From the NCBI GenBank assembly GCA_965113315.1, contig OZ220370.1: a stretch of 64,000 nucleotides of DNA; one strand, written 5' to 3'. Shown one piece after another: positions 1-11,862 of the stretch. Source of the DNA: Podarcis vaucheri (Eukaryota). The notes below the pieces were generated by a model, which was not told the DNA's origin, made no database searches, and saw only the letters and a program-made list of their open reading frames with translations. The translations under genes and the position numbers were made by a program. Numbering within the stretch: the first letter of the stretch is position 1; each line of letters starts with the position of its first letter.

Positions 1-2193
1 CAATCCTAATTGCAATGCAGTGGATCAAGGCTGAGGAGCAGAGTGAGCCCTTCTCCAGCTGTGGCCACTCCTGAAATTGGTCTCTGTACCACAGTTAGTC
101 TTGAAAAAAAGGCTTTTCTCAGATAACATTTTTCAAGCCAAATTGCACTCAAAAGGGGGGCAAGGTGTAACAGGTCGTCTCAGTGACACCAGATAGGGCT
201 TTGGTAGGCCCCGAATTGGCAATCCCCTTAATTTTACCCATTTAAACAAAGAGGTTTTATTTTTTATTCTTTTCTTTCTCACATTATGTATTGTAAATTG
301 TGGGTAATTATTCAGATATGACATGCGAGTGTGGTGTTTGGAAATCTGTCATCTACATTTCATGCTTTTAAACTGTGTGAGAAACATTAATAAACAAGCA
401 GAGTGGATACATTTTAGAATCAAAACAGTTAAAAACCATCGTATAAACTACAAGGAAACAAATTACTATAACTAATAATAATGCATAGTTTTTTTATATA
501 GAGTTGGATCCAAAGTTCTATGTCAGATGCTCCTACTGGTGAATATTTCCCCCCGTATCATTTCTGCACTCAGGGCCACCACCTTTCGTTCGTTTTCTAA
601 AAGGGGGGAGCGTCACTGTCACTTTAAATTGGGACTTCATATGCAGTGGCAACCAGTACAATACAAGTTTAATATGACATCTTTCCTTGCCTGAAAGAGG
701 TGCATATTCTCCTAACTAGCTTTGACACATCAAAACAGACTTACGTCCTACTTATTGATAGCCCAGAAAAGTGCACCTTTTTCACGACTGGGCAAGAAAG
801 ATGAAATTGATTGAAATAAACAGGTTCAGATAGTGCCTGATTTTGTATTTAGTTGTGACCCTTGAGCCATGCTGAAATCATGCAATTTTCTCCACAAGTA
901 GCTAGCAAATTCACCACAGTGGACTGATTAAATTTTTGGTGGAGACAGTCCAGATTTAAAAGGCCATTCACCATCCAAAATAGCTCAGCTGGATAGAACT
1001 TTGCAGAGGCACTGGCAGCTGAGAAAAAAGGGATTTCTTCTCAACTGTAGTGATATAATCCTTTAAAAGGGATCTAGGCCATAATTTTTCAGATTTGGCA
1101 TGAATCAAGAGCATCTGTACTCTAGGCCTCTCTGTTTCATGCACCTTGGGTCCCCTGTAAAGCAGCATAGTGAAGACGTGGAGGGAGGAGAGGATGTGTT
1201 GAGAGACAAAACCACAGATGAGCCAGGCTAGCTGACAGGGTAGCTGCCCAAAGCTAGTGGGCAAAGACCTCAAAGACACCTGGTTCTTTTCATCTGGAGA
1301 CAGAGCCTCCCAACTAGTACTGATGGGCAAGGAATGGGTAGAATCTCTTTTTGGGGGAGACAGAAATTCTCACAATGATACTAGTGTCATATAAATGCTA
1401 CCAACAACTACAACTACTGGTTCCAGGCCAGTTATTTGTGCAATACCAGTGTTACTGTGGAGCCATGACATGCTTATCCTGAAGAACTGTGCATGTATTT
1501 CCGTAATCCTTAGCCATGTAGCCTAGGTCAATATTATATTCCCATGTTGCAGATGAGAATTGCTTAGGTTAAATAGTGTATTTTGAGGTGAAGTGAGAAT
1601 TGGACCAGGGGCTTCGTGGCCCACACTCTTAGACACCACAGTACACCAGCTCTCAGGGATTACTTGAGCACACATCATAAATAGGAAGCTTACTGATAAA
1701 GATAGAGAAGGTGAAAAGAGTGAGAATTTTGCAGTGGTCTTTTTATTTACTTGTTCAGGAATAATAATCTATTTTATACAGCAATTATGCAACTTCTGTA
1801 CTTGCGTTTTTATGTCACTTAGCATACATGGCTCTAGTTTTTTTTTTTTTACTGCAAGCTGCAATCTTCAAGAATTCTAAATGCATTGCATGCTATAAGC
1901 CCTTTCGATTGCTCATTAGTGAATTGTAATTTCACACTTCATTTAAAATATTCTTAAACATTCTCTCACAGTAAAAGGTTTCACACAGTAATTAAGAGGC
2001 CCAGTTAACAAAGTCTGAGAAGTCTGATTCCCTCACGGGGAGCAATCTTACTGAATTGTTGCATTTCAATTAACATGTTGACATTTGTCAAATATACATT
2101 ACGTATTACTGTGGCCCCCATTTTTTTGTTTTCTGAGAATATTTGCTAATAGAAATTTCTGATATTCTATTTATGCTTTTCCCTCTTAAACAG

Positions 2194-2277
2194 ATAGATG
2201 ATGAACTTTTTAATCCCGATTATGTTGAAGTTGATCGAATAATGGATATTTCACATAGCAAGGATGATAATGGAGAG
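2194..2277 (+). CDS. CHD7: CHD7 exon 9 (start of chromodomain 2: [18 protein letters not shown]...GE)
   Basis: cag|ATA...GAG|gtaag, 84 nt; translation matches the CHD7 chromodomain 2 region. Confidence 0.95.
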
Positions 2278-3480
2278 GTAAGGGAACCTGACAGAAGTGT
2301 GTATTTATGAAGTAGCTCTGTAGAACTAATATTAGCAAGATGACATTCTTTAGTTTAGCTTGTAGTTGATAGATGTTGCCATGTTGGTCACAGAGATTGA
2401 TATACTTAATGGGTTTTGTTAGTGTATAGGTATAGAAGTCTAAATTATAGAGAAGCATTCAGCTTGAAAACATCTGTTTCTTTGCTAGTCGAAACATTGC
2501 CTTACCTACTTATTTATATTACATTTAATAGTGGTGATAAGAATATGCCTAGAGAGAAAGCAGAATATATGTTCTTATGGGGACAAGAAACAGAGGAAGA
2601 CTGTTTCAATTTGAGCACTGTTTTTTCCGTCTCATGGCACTGATCTTTCTAGTTATAGGATTTCATAATTACATTTTTTTGCAATAATAGTATGGCATGT
2701 CTTATCTGAATATTTTTGCTCTTTAGCTTATAAAAAATTAAGTTTGACAAGGTGAATCTCATTTTGCTAATGAACTACATGTGGCACTATATTAAAGTAC
2801 CAAATATTCTCAAATTTAGAAATAGCCCTAATTTTCCTTTTTAGTGTTGTTCTCGTTTGTTAATCAATGCAAGCATTTCTTCAAGTCCTGCATTATATGG
2901 TAGCCAAGTAATTGTTAAAATAAATGTCAATTTCATCATCATGGTATGTAGATGCCAGTTAAGGAGGCTTTGGGCAATGAATTAAATATTTTGTTATTCC
3001 TTTATAGCCACTTTCCTTGAGCTGCATCTCTTCAAAGAAACTCTAGTGGGTTATTTTAAATAGAAGAGCAAGTAGTTTTATAAAGGAACTGTTAACCTTT
3101 ATTTATCACTGTTTATTTAAAAGTGTCATAAATCAACAGCTGTAATCTTAATTATTTTAAGTTGCCTGCTGGGAAATTTTTGCTTATAAATTTATGGGGA
3201 AATCTTGTAACTATTTGTATGGATTTTCTTCAAAATATTTTTGTTTTGCAGTGAAAAAAAATACAGTATAATAAAAATGTTGCAGTTTCATGATGAAATA
3301 CTAATATTGTATCAACATATCAGCCACTTTGTTGTTGAACTGGTTTTGTCACTGGTAAAATGTTAATAAAATGCATTGAAATAAGTCTTATTGTAAATCT
3401 TATTCGGTCTGCAAAGTTCCAGTATAGTTATGCTTTGTTTCTCACTTAATCTCATTTTTGTTTCCTAATTAAAAACAAAG

Positions 3481-3618
3481 CCTGTGACTCATTATTTGGT
3501 GAAATGGTGTTCACTTCCATATGAAGACAGCACATGGGAATTAAAGCAAGACATAGACCAAGCTAAAATAGAAGAATTCGAGAAGCTTATGTCCAGGCAG
3601 CCAGAAACAGAACGTGTG
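3481..3618 (+). CDS. CHD7: CHD7 exon 10 (chromodomain 2: [20 protein letters not shown]...)
   Basis: aag|CCT...GTG|gtaag, 138 nt; chromodomain YLVKW/YEDSTWE motif. Confidence 0.96.
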
Positions 3619-3713
3619 GTAAGATTTGGCTCTGAATAGATGATGTTACTTAAAAATAACATAATAATGTGGTTTTTGTAAATCACTAATGTGTTTTGCT
3701 GTATTTGAAACAG

Positions 3714-3835
3714 GAGCGACCTCCTGCTGATGACTGGAAGAAGTCAGAAAGTTCCAGGGAATATAAAAACAACAACAAACTCAGGGAATACCAGTTGGAA
3801 GGAGTAAACTGGCTTCTTTTCAATTGGTACAACAC
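3714..3835 (+). CDS. CHD7: CHD7 exon 11 ([40 protein letters not shown])
   Basis: cag|GAG...AC|gtacgt, 122 nt; SNF2 Q-motif [12 protein letters not shown]. Confidence 0.96.
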
Positions 3836-4179
3836 GTACGTGTTACAACTTCATTGTCAAAGAGAATGAATAGCTTAATTGTTGAAGTTTAACATATACC
3901 GCTATTTTAAAATGTGATTATTTTAAATGTCCCAGCTATATAAAATAGCAAATTTTATGATGGAATATGTGTGTGTGTGTCTTTTGCATGCTCATATAAA
4001 ATCTAGAGATTATTTTAAAAACATACTTTATAGTAACAACTTCCTTATTTTGAAAGAATAGTATTCTTTCCACATTCAAATAAGCAAAGCAGTTGCATTG
4101 TGGGAGTTCCATTTTTTTGAGAACTTAACATTTTTTTATTTTATGATGGAATATATGTGTGTGTTTTTAACACTTGATT

Positions 4180-4226
4180 AGAGTGGCTGGGGAAACTCAG
4201 CCAGATGGGCGGGATATAAATAATAA

Positions 4227-4268
<42 letters not shown>

Positions 4269-4280
4269 TTATTTATTTAT
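4180..4280 (+). mobile_element. 3' tail of an L2-type LINE with (TTA)n microsatellite
   Basis: AGAGTGGCTGGGGAAACTCAGCCAGATGGGCGGGATATAAATAATAAA(TTA)n; same motif at 45138 and 60128. Confidence 0.75.
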
Positions 4281-4285
4281 TCCAG

Positions 4286-4529
4286 GCGAAACTGCATTTT
4301 AGCAGATGAAATGGGATTGGGAAAGACGATCCAATCTATTACATTTCTCTATGAGATATATTTAAAAGGAATCCATGGTCCTTTTTTGGTTATTGCCCCA
4401 TTGTCCACAATCCCCAACTGGGAAAGGGAATTCCGTACCTGGACAGAGTTGAATGTTGTTGTATATCATGGGAGTCAAGCCAGTCGAAAGACCATTCAGT
4501 TGTATGAAATGTATTTCAAAGACCCACAG
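4286..4529 (+). CDS. CHD7: CHD7 exon 12 (Walker A: [14 protein letters not shown]...FKDPQ)
   Basis: cag|G...CAG|gtaaat, 244 nt; ORF 4311-4661. Confidence 0.97.
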
Positions 4530-5190
4530 GTAAATGTTTCTACTCTAATAATAACATATGACTTCTTTCTTGTATACTTTATTCTGGATCATTATCCTCT
4601 ATTATTTAAGATAGACATGGGCAGCCTAGGACCACATGTAGCCCTCTACCTTATTGTATGAGGACTTGGTTGTGCCCCCTGTTTCATCCTTTCTATTATC
4701 CATTCCTTCTGCCCCACTTTGTGATGGGGAGGGGGACAGAGAGTTGCATGTATGAGCTCAGCCATGGAGCATGGCAGCAAGAGCAGCGTAGCATTCTTCA
4801 GAAAGGTGCTCTAACCATACATCCCATATTCAGGCCTCCAGGCTCATGTGTGTGCCTACCTCTCCGCTTTCCATAGCCTCTCTGAACCACACCTCTGGGT
4901 GCTGCACATAACAGCACAAATTGCCACTTGGCAAAGAAGGCAGACATGGCACAGTGAGCCAGGTGGACAGAGAGCCCAGAAGAAGGCAGGCATGAGCAGG
5001 GGAGTGGTTAGAACAAGCTCATACCTCTTCTGCTTCTGCAGATTTTAGCTCATGTCTCTTGTCTCTTCTCTAGTTCCAAACCTATTCTATCTATGCCATG
5101 TTTTTACGGATTCTTTGAAAGTGTCCACCCTTCTCAGTGAGGTCCAGCATTCAGCATATTCTATTCATTCTAAATAACATACTGTTGCGT

Positions 5191-5225
5191 CTACACTTGA
5201 GCTTAGTCAAAAGGCCGAAAAGCAT
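5191..5225 (-). pseudogene. U2 snRNA 5' fragment (first ~35 nt)
   Basis: Reverse complement ATGCTTTTCGGCCTTTTGACTAAGCTCAAGTGTAG versus U2 ATCGCTTCTCGGCCTTTTGGCTAAGATCAAGTGTAG. Confidence 0.85.
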
Positions 5226-5320
5226 CAATCAGTAACACATGAATATATTTTGGTAGATGATAATAGGTTGATTCATTTTCAGTGTTGTGTAACCTGATAA
5301 AATACTTTCTGTACTTTTAG

Positions 5321-5497
5321 GGTCGTGCAGTTAAGGGGTCATACAAATTTCATGCCATCATCACTACATTTGAAATGATTTTGACTGATTGTCCTGAGCT
5401 CCGTAACATTCCATGGCGCTGTGTAGTAATCGATGAAGCTCACAGGCTGAAAAACAGAAACTGCAAACTGTTGGAAGGGCTCAAGATGATGGACCTG
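5321..5497 (+). CDS. CHD7: CHD7 exon 13 (Walker B: [11 protein letters not shown])
   Basis: tag|GGT...CTG|gtgagt, 177 nt. Confidence 0.97.
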
Positions 5498-6180
5498 GTG
5501 AGTACTAATACTCTCAAAGCTCCAAGAGATGTCTGTACAGACCATCCCATTAATCCGATGGGAAAGCGGGTGTATGTTTCAGATGGCTTTACTTCTCTTC
5601 TCTTTTTCAATGTAAAATTATGAAAATGCAGAGATCAATTAACAAAAATCCTTTTTCATTTAACATGTTGTGTTAAGAGCTTTCCGTGCTCACTCAAGCT
5701 CCAAAATGCTTTGAAATTGCAGCTTGTAAGGGTCAAAGATGCATTATTTAGGCAATATGGATGTGCTATGGTATCCTATATTGTGATTAGTTCAAGCTTC
5801 ACCACTTCCTTAGAGGTGGATGACTGTCAGTGACAGATGAGTAGACCTATGTCACAGATTTGTGTGTTCACTGGAATAGAAATATGGAGTCTACGCAACT
5901 GAAGCTACCATTCCATGCTGCAAGCACCCAGCTGACAACCTAAACCATTCACACAGAATGATAAAATCTAGAAGAGACCTTGAAGGTCATCTGGTCCAAC
6001 AGCCTACCACAAATAAAGCATTTTATTAAAGCTTCTGGAATTGGAAAATATGAAATATATGCATAGATTATAAAGACAGCCTAATAATTTTAGGATAGAA
6101 ACTAGAAAACTTATCTCGGAAGAATATGCAGCTTCAGAGTTCAGGATTGTAGACTATTCCAGAGTCTTTGTTTCTTGCAG

Positions 6181-6324
6181 GAACACAAAGTGCTTCTTAC
6201 AGGTACTCCATTACAAAACACGGTTGAGGAGCTCTTCAGCTTGCTTCATTTCTTGGAACCAACTCGTTTTCCTTCAGAAACTACTTTCATGCAAGAGTTT
6301 GGTGATCTGAAAACTGAAGAACAG
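6181..6324 (+). CDS. CHD7: CHD7 exon 14 (motif III: LLTGTPLQN)
   Basis: cag|GAA...CAG|gtaaat, 144 nt. Confidence 0.97.
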
Positions 6325-6689
6325 GTAAATCACCCAGTATTAATTTACTTCACTATATGAAACAATTGCTGATTGCTCCAAAACTTGTGGGGCTTTAAGC
6401 TTCTTCAGAACCATTTTCTCTGCTCCCACATGATCACTTACACAGTGGGGGACAAAGCCCTTCTGGCAACCCCTGAAACAGTCACTGGTCCAGAGTGGTG
6501 GTGGGCTGAGTGAACCATGGCATGCCAGATGGTAAATATCCTCTGAAGGCTGACTAAATTTCTGATGTTCAGTTTAGCTAATCTCAAGTACTTGAGCCTG
6601 AGACTCATTCCAGAGGAAAGGAAGTAGTATTTGAACATGACTTATCTATGCAGAGTATAATACTGAGACTAAAAACAAATTAATTAACT

Positions 6690-6747
6690 TGTGAAAAAAG
6701 AAATACAACTTTTAAAAATGTGAAAAAAGAAATACAACTTTTAAAAA
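6690..6747. repeat. Perfect 29-bp tandem duplication
   Basis: TGTGAAAAAAGAAATACAACTTTTAAAAA x2. Confidence 0.9.
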
Positions 6748-8593
6748 TTCAAGGAAATTCTCAATAAAAGTGAACAATTTGCATAACATTTCTCTTTTGC
6801 TTTTATTTTGGAATACTAAGATCCACCTGTTGTTGTTGCTCTTGTTGTAAAAACTGAACTCTAAACAGAAATAAAGCAAATTAAAAACCAAGAACCAGTT
6901 TTTATTAAGAACAGGAGATCAAGTAGACAAGTTGCAGCTTCAACTGGAGGGTATACTCTGTGGGTCGTGTATCAAATAAGATTGAATTCAGGTGACCTTT
7001 GCCATTGATTAGTGCTTTTCCTGTTGCTTTCTGGAGGTGCCAGCAGTTATAGCAGGTGGCCAGTAGAAGCTTTGCTGTGCTCTATATTTGCCCTTGACCT
7101 CTGCAAGACTAGGGGGAAGCATGCTTCACTGCTGACCTTGCTAACAAATTAAACCATAATGAAAAGAGAAAAAAAGAACTTCCACCTGCAATGAGGCATT
7201 CTTAGCTGTGTGAAATATTTGACAGTCCATTGACTGGAATGCCAAACCTAATCCCCCAACCCTTTGTTTTAATGTATCTATTTGGTTGGTTGGTTGGTTT
7301 GTAAGTCACTTTGGGTTGCCTTGGGAAAGATAAATTGACTAACAAATTTAATAAATACTAACAATTTCAGTATCTTACATTCCAATATAGTAAACAATTA
7401 TGCAGACCTATGCAGAATAATATTACATATTTGCTTGTTTATTTGCACATAATAATGAACATTGTGACCTATTTGTAACCCATAGAACTTCCTTCCACAT
7501 AACATGCTTACATAAGAGAGAGAACAAAATTAAGCTCTAGAACTTAGAAAATCTTTCCTGTGCAATCATGTTTAATAGCACAGCATTATATCTGCACAAT
7601 GGTTACCTTTAAAAGCAAGGCTAGAAACTGTTATGCAAACCCTCCTTTAAGCTAGTCAGGGTTAGCACCCATGTAAATGTGACACTGCACCATAATTAGT
7701 GCATATCAGGGAGACTCTTATTTTCTCAGACAATTTGCTTAATTCAAACCTGTGGCTGTATACAGGGGACTAAACAATACATAAAGTGTACCTTCCATAG
7801 ATTCACAATCATTAATACAGGAGTGTCATTTGACTAGAATGTTATTCTGTGTTCCTTTCAGAATTTCAACTGTTCCTGCTGCAATTACTTGTAGAGCCAT
7901 AAATTCCTTTCTTAATTACCTAAATGTTAAATCATACAAATAGGTTTCTGATTGATTATAGAATGTAAAGAAAGGGTACCACAGAAAAAGTGTTATTAAT
8001 TATATGTAACAAGTGTGACTGAATTTGCATAGACAAGGAAAGAAAGGAAGATGATAATTTGAGGCAACTGTACACTCCCAGTCTTCTAATCTTAGTTAGG
8101 AGATGAATCACTAATCAAACTAATAACAAGTAGTGCAAAGTTTAAGTATCATATGAAAAGTTGAGGAAGGCATTAACAAGTGAAGTTTACCAAAATTATG
8201 AATAGTGCTAGGTACTGGAGTTGCTAATAACATTTTAATTTATTGGTGTATTAGCCAAGGTCACATCAGTACAGTTCCTAGAGTTCCATCATGGAAGACA
8301 GGCAGGAAATCTATAAACAAGTGGTGAGCCATGAGCATACTTGAAAGTTGTTGCTTATATTCTGACACTCCCCTCTGCCTATAGTGAAGCCATTGGTGTC
8401 AGCACAGGACACTGTCTTTAGCAGTACATCTCCCTTGCCATATGAGAAAAAGTTATGAATGTTGTGGTCCATCTGGCTCCCACTGTCTCAACTTTCTGAT
8501 ATCACAAAGAATATTTACACCGTGGGGATAGAACCAAAATATAAAAGAGTATGCAAGATTATTATTTTAAACTTCATTCATTTATTTAACTAG

Positions 8594-8849
8594 GTGCAAA
8601 AACTCCAAGCTATCTTGAAACCAATGATGTTGAGACGACTCAAAGAAGATGTTGAAAAGAACCTTGCACCCAAGGAGGAAACCATAATTGAAGTTGAATT
8701 GACAAATATTCAGAAGAAATACTACAGAGCCATTCTTGAAAAGAATTTCACTTTTTTGTCAAAAGGTGGTGGTCAAGCGAATGTACCCAATCTCTTAAAC
8801 ACTATGATGGAATTAAGAAAATGCTGCAATCATCCATACCTTATCAATG
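8594..8849 (+). CDS. CHD7: CHD7 exon 15 ([20 protein letters not shown]...[14 protein letters not shown])
   Basis: tag|GTG...ATG|gtagga, 256 nt. Confidence 0.97.
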
Positions 8850-11718
8850 GTAGGACTGACTTTTTTTAAAAAAACAGAAAACAATGAGGGGAGTTTGGTA
8901 TGTGTGAATAAAAACTAGAAAGCGTTTTTCAGTTGAGCTGAATATATTTTGCTAAATTTTCCTTTTGCATTTTAGACCAGAGTATCAGGACCTAGGCTTC
9001 TCTAACTCTCAAAACACTAAAAGGGTAATAGGACAGGAATGAATTCTCAGAGCTCTAGGCAGCAGCAATAATTTCTAGCTATGTGAGATTGATTAGATCT
9101 ACTGCAATTTACATGCACGTCCTCATGCATTGGAAACTATGAGCGCACTGAGGCAGGACTCTCTGGTGTCCTAGGAAATGCTATGTGGCTTCTTTGTGAC
9201 ATGATGTTAAGTGATGGAGAAAAGGACAACCCCATCTGTTCAGTCATGACAGAAACAGTGTAGCAGTTGAGAGACTCACCTTTCCTCTTCCAGTACTGGG
9301 AAAAATTCAGCCTTCACCACCATAGCTAACAATCTACCACAGCTAGCCATTGGTGGCTACCATCCTGATCCTATTGGTATTGTGATTGCAGGTGTCAGGA
9401 TCCCATTTCACTTTGATGTCCAGCTAGCTTCCCACAGCAAGTGCAACACCTAACTCAATATTTGCCTTGCTGCGCTCCCTCTTAGAGGCTGCAGTCATTG
9501 AGGATGCTAAGTGGAATTTCTCTGTTTCTACTGCAGAAGTGAGCTGCATTCTACACTGGGATCTGAGTCAGGGTGACAGCAGACTGGGATTGTGCCCAGG
9601 ATAGATAGGAAAAAAAACAGACATACTTTAGCAGAGAGCGTGTAAAATACTGTCATTACTATTGAGGCGGGGAGGCTGCAGAGACCATGCCTGGTCAGTA
9701 CACATTCTGTGTATGGACTGGAAATACAATTCCTCTTTACTGCAGTTTTGCAGTTTAAAATACATTGTGGGATTGCAAAGAATTGTAGGGTTATAGTGAT
9801 AGAATAAACAATGGGGAAATCCCCATAGACCATTCAGGTTTAGGATGTAGCAGCCATCCTTAAATCTTCCCATGAATAGAGGATTTGAAGGTCTTTAACT
9901 TATGACAGGCACACAACCTCCAAATGGGACTACTCTCTTAGCAGCTTAAATAGCCCTTGCTGGGGGTGGGAAGTGCTTTTATTGTCTAGTCCCAATTAAC
10001 TACCCACCATGGTTTTGTTTTTTTTTAAAGAGAAGATTCAGGGGTGGGGTGTCGCATCCCTGATTCCAATTTCCTTTTCTCCATTCAGACCTAGAATGAA
10101 GGGAGGCAAATGGTAGGCTAGCCAACATACTGAAGTTTTGTGCTTATGCTCAGCCTTCATGCTGTTCGTACTCTTGGATTTGGTTCTACCCCTTATTTAA
10201 ATTTTTTTAGCCAATATTTAGTATTTGCCTACCTAGTGCTACCCAGTAAATTATATGTTTGAGCAAAGATTTAAATCCTTGTTCCTGCCTTGCTACACCA
10301 CACTGGCCATTTAAAGAGTTTGATATGGTACAATAATAGAAACAATATTTCAAAAACCTGTATACCATTTAATCACATTCCTCCCTAAGTGAGCTGCATA
10401 TGCAAGCTACCCTTGCTGCTCAGCTGTTACTAATTCCATCCAAGTTGTAGGGGAGGGAAGGTGGCTAGGAACACTTTCTCTGAGCTATGAAATGTTTTTT
10501 ATCCCTCTGTAGGCTGAGGGTTCCTGAGGTATGAGTTTTATAGCCTGTTGCAAGTGGCATAAGTCTCGCTCTGAAGCGTGACTGAACCCGGTTAGAGCAC
10601 ATAATCGTACCTACTATGTGGCAGTGCAGGCTACAAAGAAGGCTCATTTTTCAGCATGCATTGCAGCCTCTAGTAGCTGGCCAGTGGAGTTTTTTGGGAC
10701 AGTCTGGAGCTTACTGACCCCCACTGTGGGAAAGAAACCTCTGGAGCATTTGAGGACCCACTGACCAACCGGCAACACACTTTGAGGTAGCTCAACTTCA
10801 GAGTGATCGTGACTCTGCACTTCCTGCAGCCCCAGTTGAAGTACTCAGTGCCAGAATTGATAATGTGTTGTGGGATTGGTTTCAGTTTATACAGTCAGCT
10901 GATGTGGACAAGGTGCTGGCAGCAATATGTTTTCAACCATGTGCCCTCTTGACCCCTGTCCCTCCTGTCTTATTAAACCTGGTCTGACTGGTTGGGTACA
11001 GAGAGTGGCTAATGTTTCACTGCGTGAGTGAATAATCCCTTCTGCTTTGAAAGAGGTGGTGGCATGGCCGCTTCTAAAGAAACCAGCTCCGGACCCCTTG
11101 GGCCCTGAATGGGGTTGCACCTTCACAGTCTGGAGGTACTTCTGGAGGCAGCTTGTCACTGGAGACTAGAAGCACCTTTACCAGCTGTCACTGGTATGAC
11201 AGCTAGGGCCGTTGATGGGGTGCAGGATCTTGGCTTCAGTACTTCCGACATTGCTTACTTCAAGTTTGGATTACTGCAGTGTGCTCTGTGTGGGGCTTCC
11301 CTTGTGCCTGTTTCAGAAAGCTATAGTTAGTGCAGAATGATGCAACATGATTGCTGACAAGAGTGAGACCCTGTCAGCATATAACACCTCTGCTCAGAGA
11401 CCTGCAGTGGTTGCTGATCTTCAACCAGGCCAAGTTCAAGATGTTACTATAAATATATAAAGCCCTTAACAACTTGGGAGCAGGTCCCTTGTGAGATCAT
11501 TTTACCCTACAAATGCCCACCCGACCGCTTCTATCTGCAGAACTGGCACTGTTGCAGGTGCCACATAATACTTGTTCTGCACTCACAAGAAATTGATCTT
11601 TAGTGTGGCAGCACCTATGCTTTGAAACTCCCTGTCTATTGGTGTCAGGCAGACACCTTTACTTTTTGGTGCTTGCTAAAAAGCTTTTTTTTTATTTAAA
11701 AAAAATGCAACCCTATCC

Positions 11719-11862
11719 CCTCCCCACCTTCTCACTATCTAGAAGGATCTGGCAACTTCTGTTTCAGTGTATCTGAAGAAGTGTGCATGCACACGAAAGC
11801 TCATACCAAGAACTAACTTAGTTGGTCTTTAAGGTGCTACTGGAAGGAATTTCTTTATTTTG
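11719..11862 (+). mobile_element. Penelope-like element terminal-repeat fragment nested in the L2 3' region
   Basis: Contains a minimal hammerhead motif; flanked by CCTATCC direct repeats (11712-11718, 11863-11869). Confidence 0.7.
11769..11806 (+). ncRNA. Minimal type-I hammerhead ribozyme motif (Penelope type)
   Basis: GTAT-CTGAAGA-A-GTGTG(CATG)CACAC-GAAA-GC-TC-ATAC: core CUGAnGA/GAAA/UH, stem I GTAT:ATAC, stem II hairpin, palindromic AGCU in place of stem III. Confidence 0.78.

Noticed and set aside
1474-1500. TATCCTGAAGAACTGTGCATG resembles the first half of the hammerhead at 11769 (a potential dimer partner)
   Set aside because: No closing stem II, GAAA or UH site follows; treated as chance or decayed sequence
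1-2193. Search for CHD7 exon 8 or earlier
   Set aside because: No matching peptide found; the window starts inside the preceding intron
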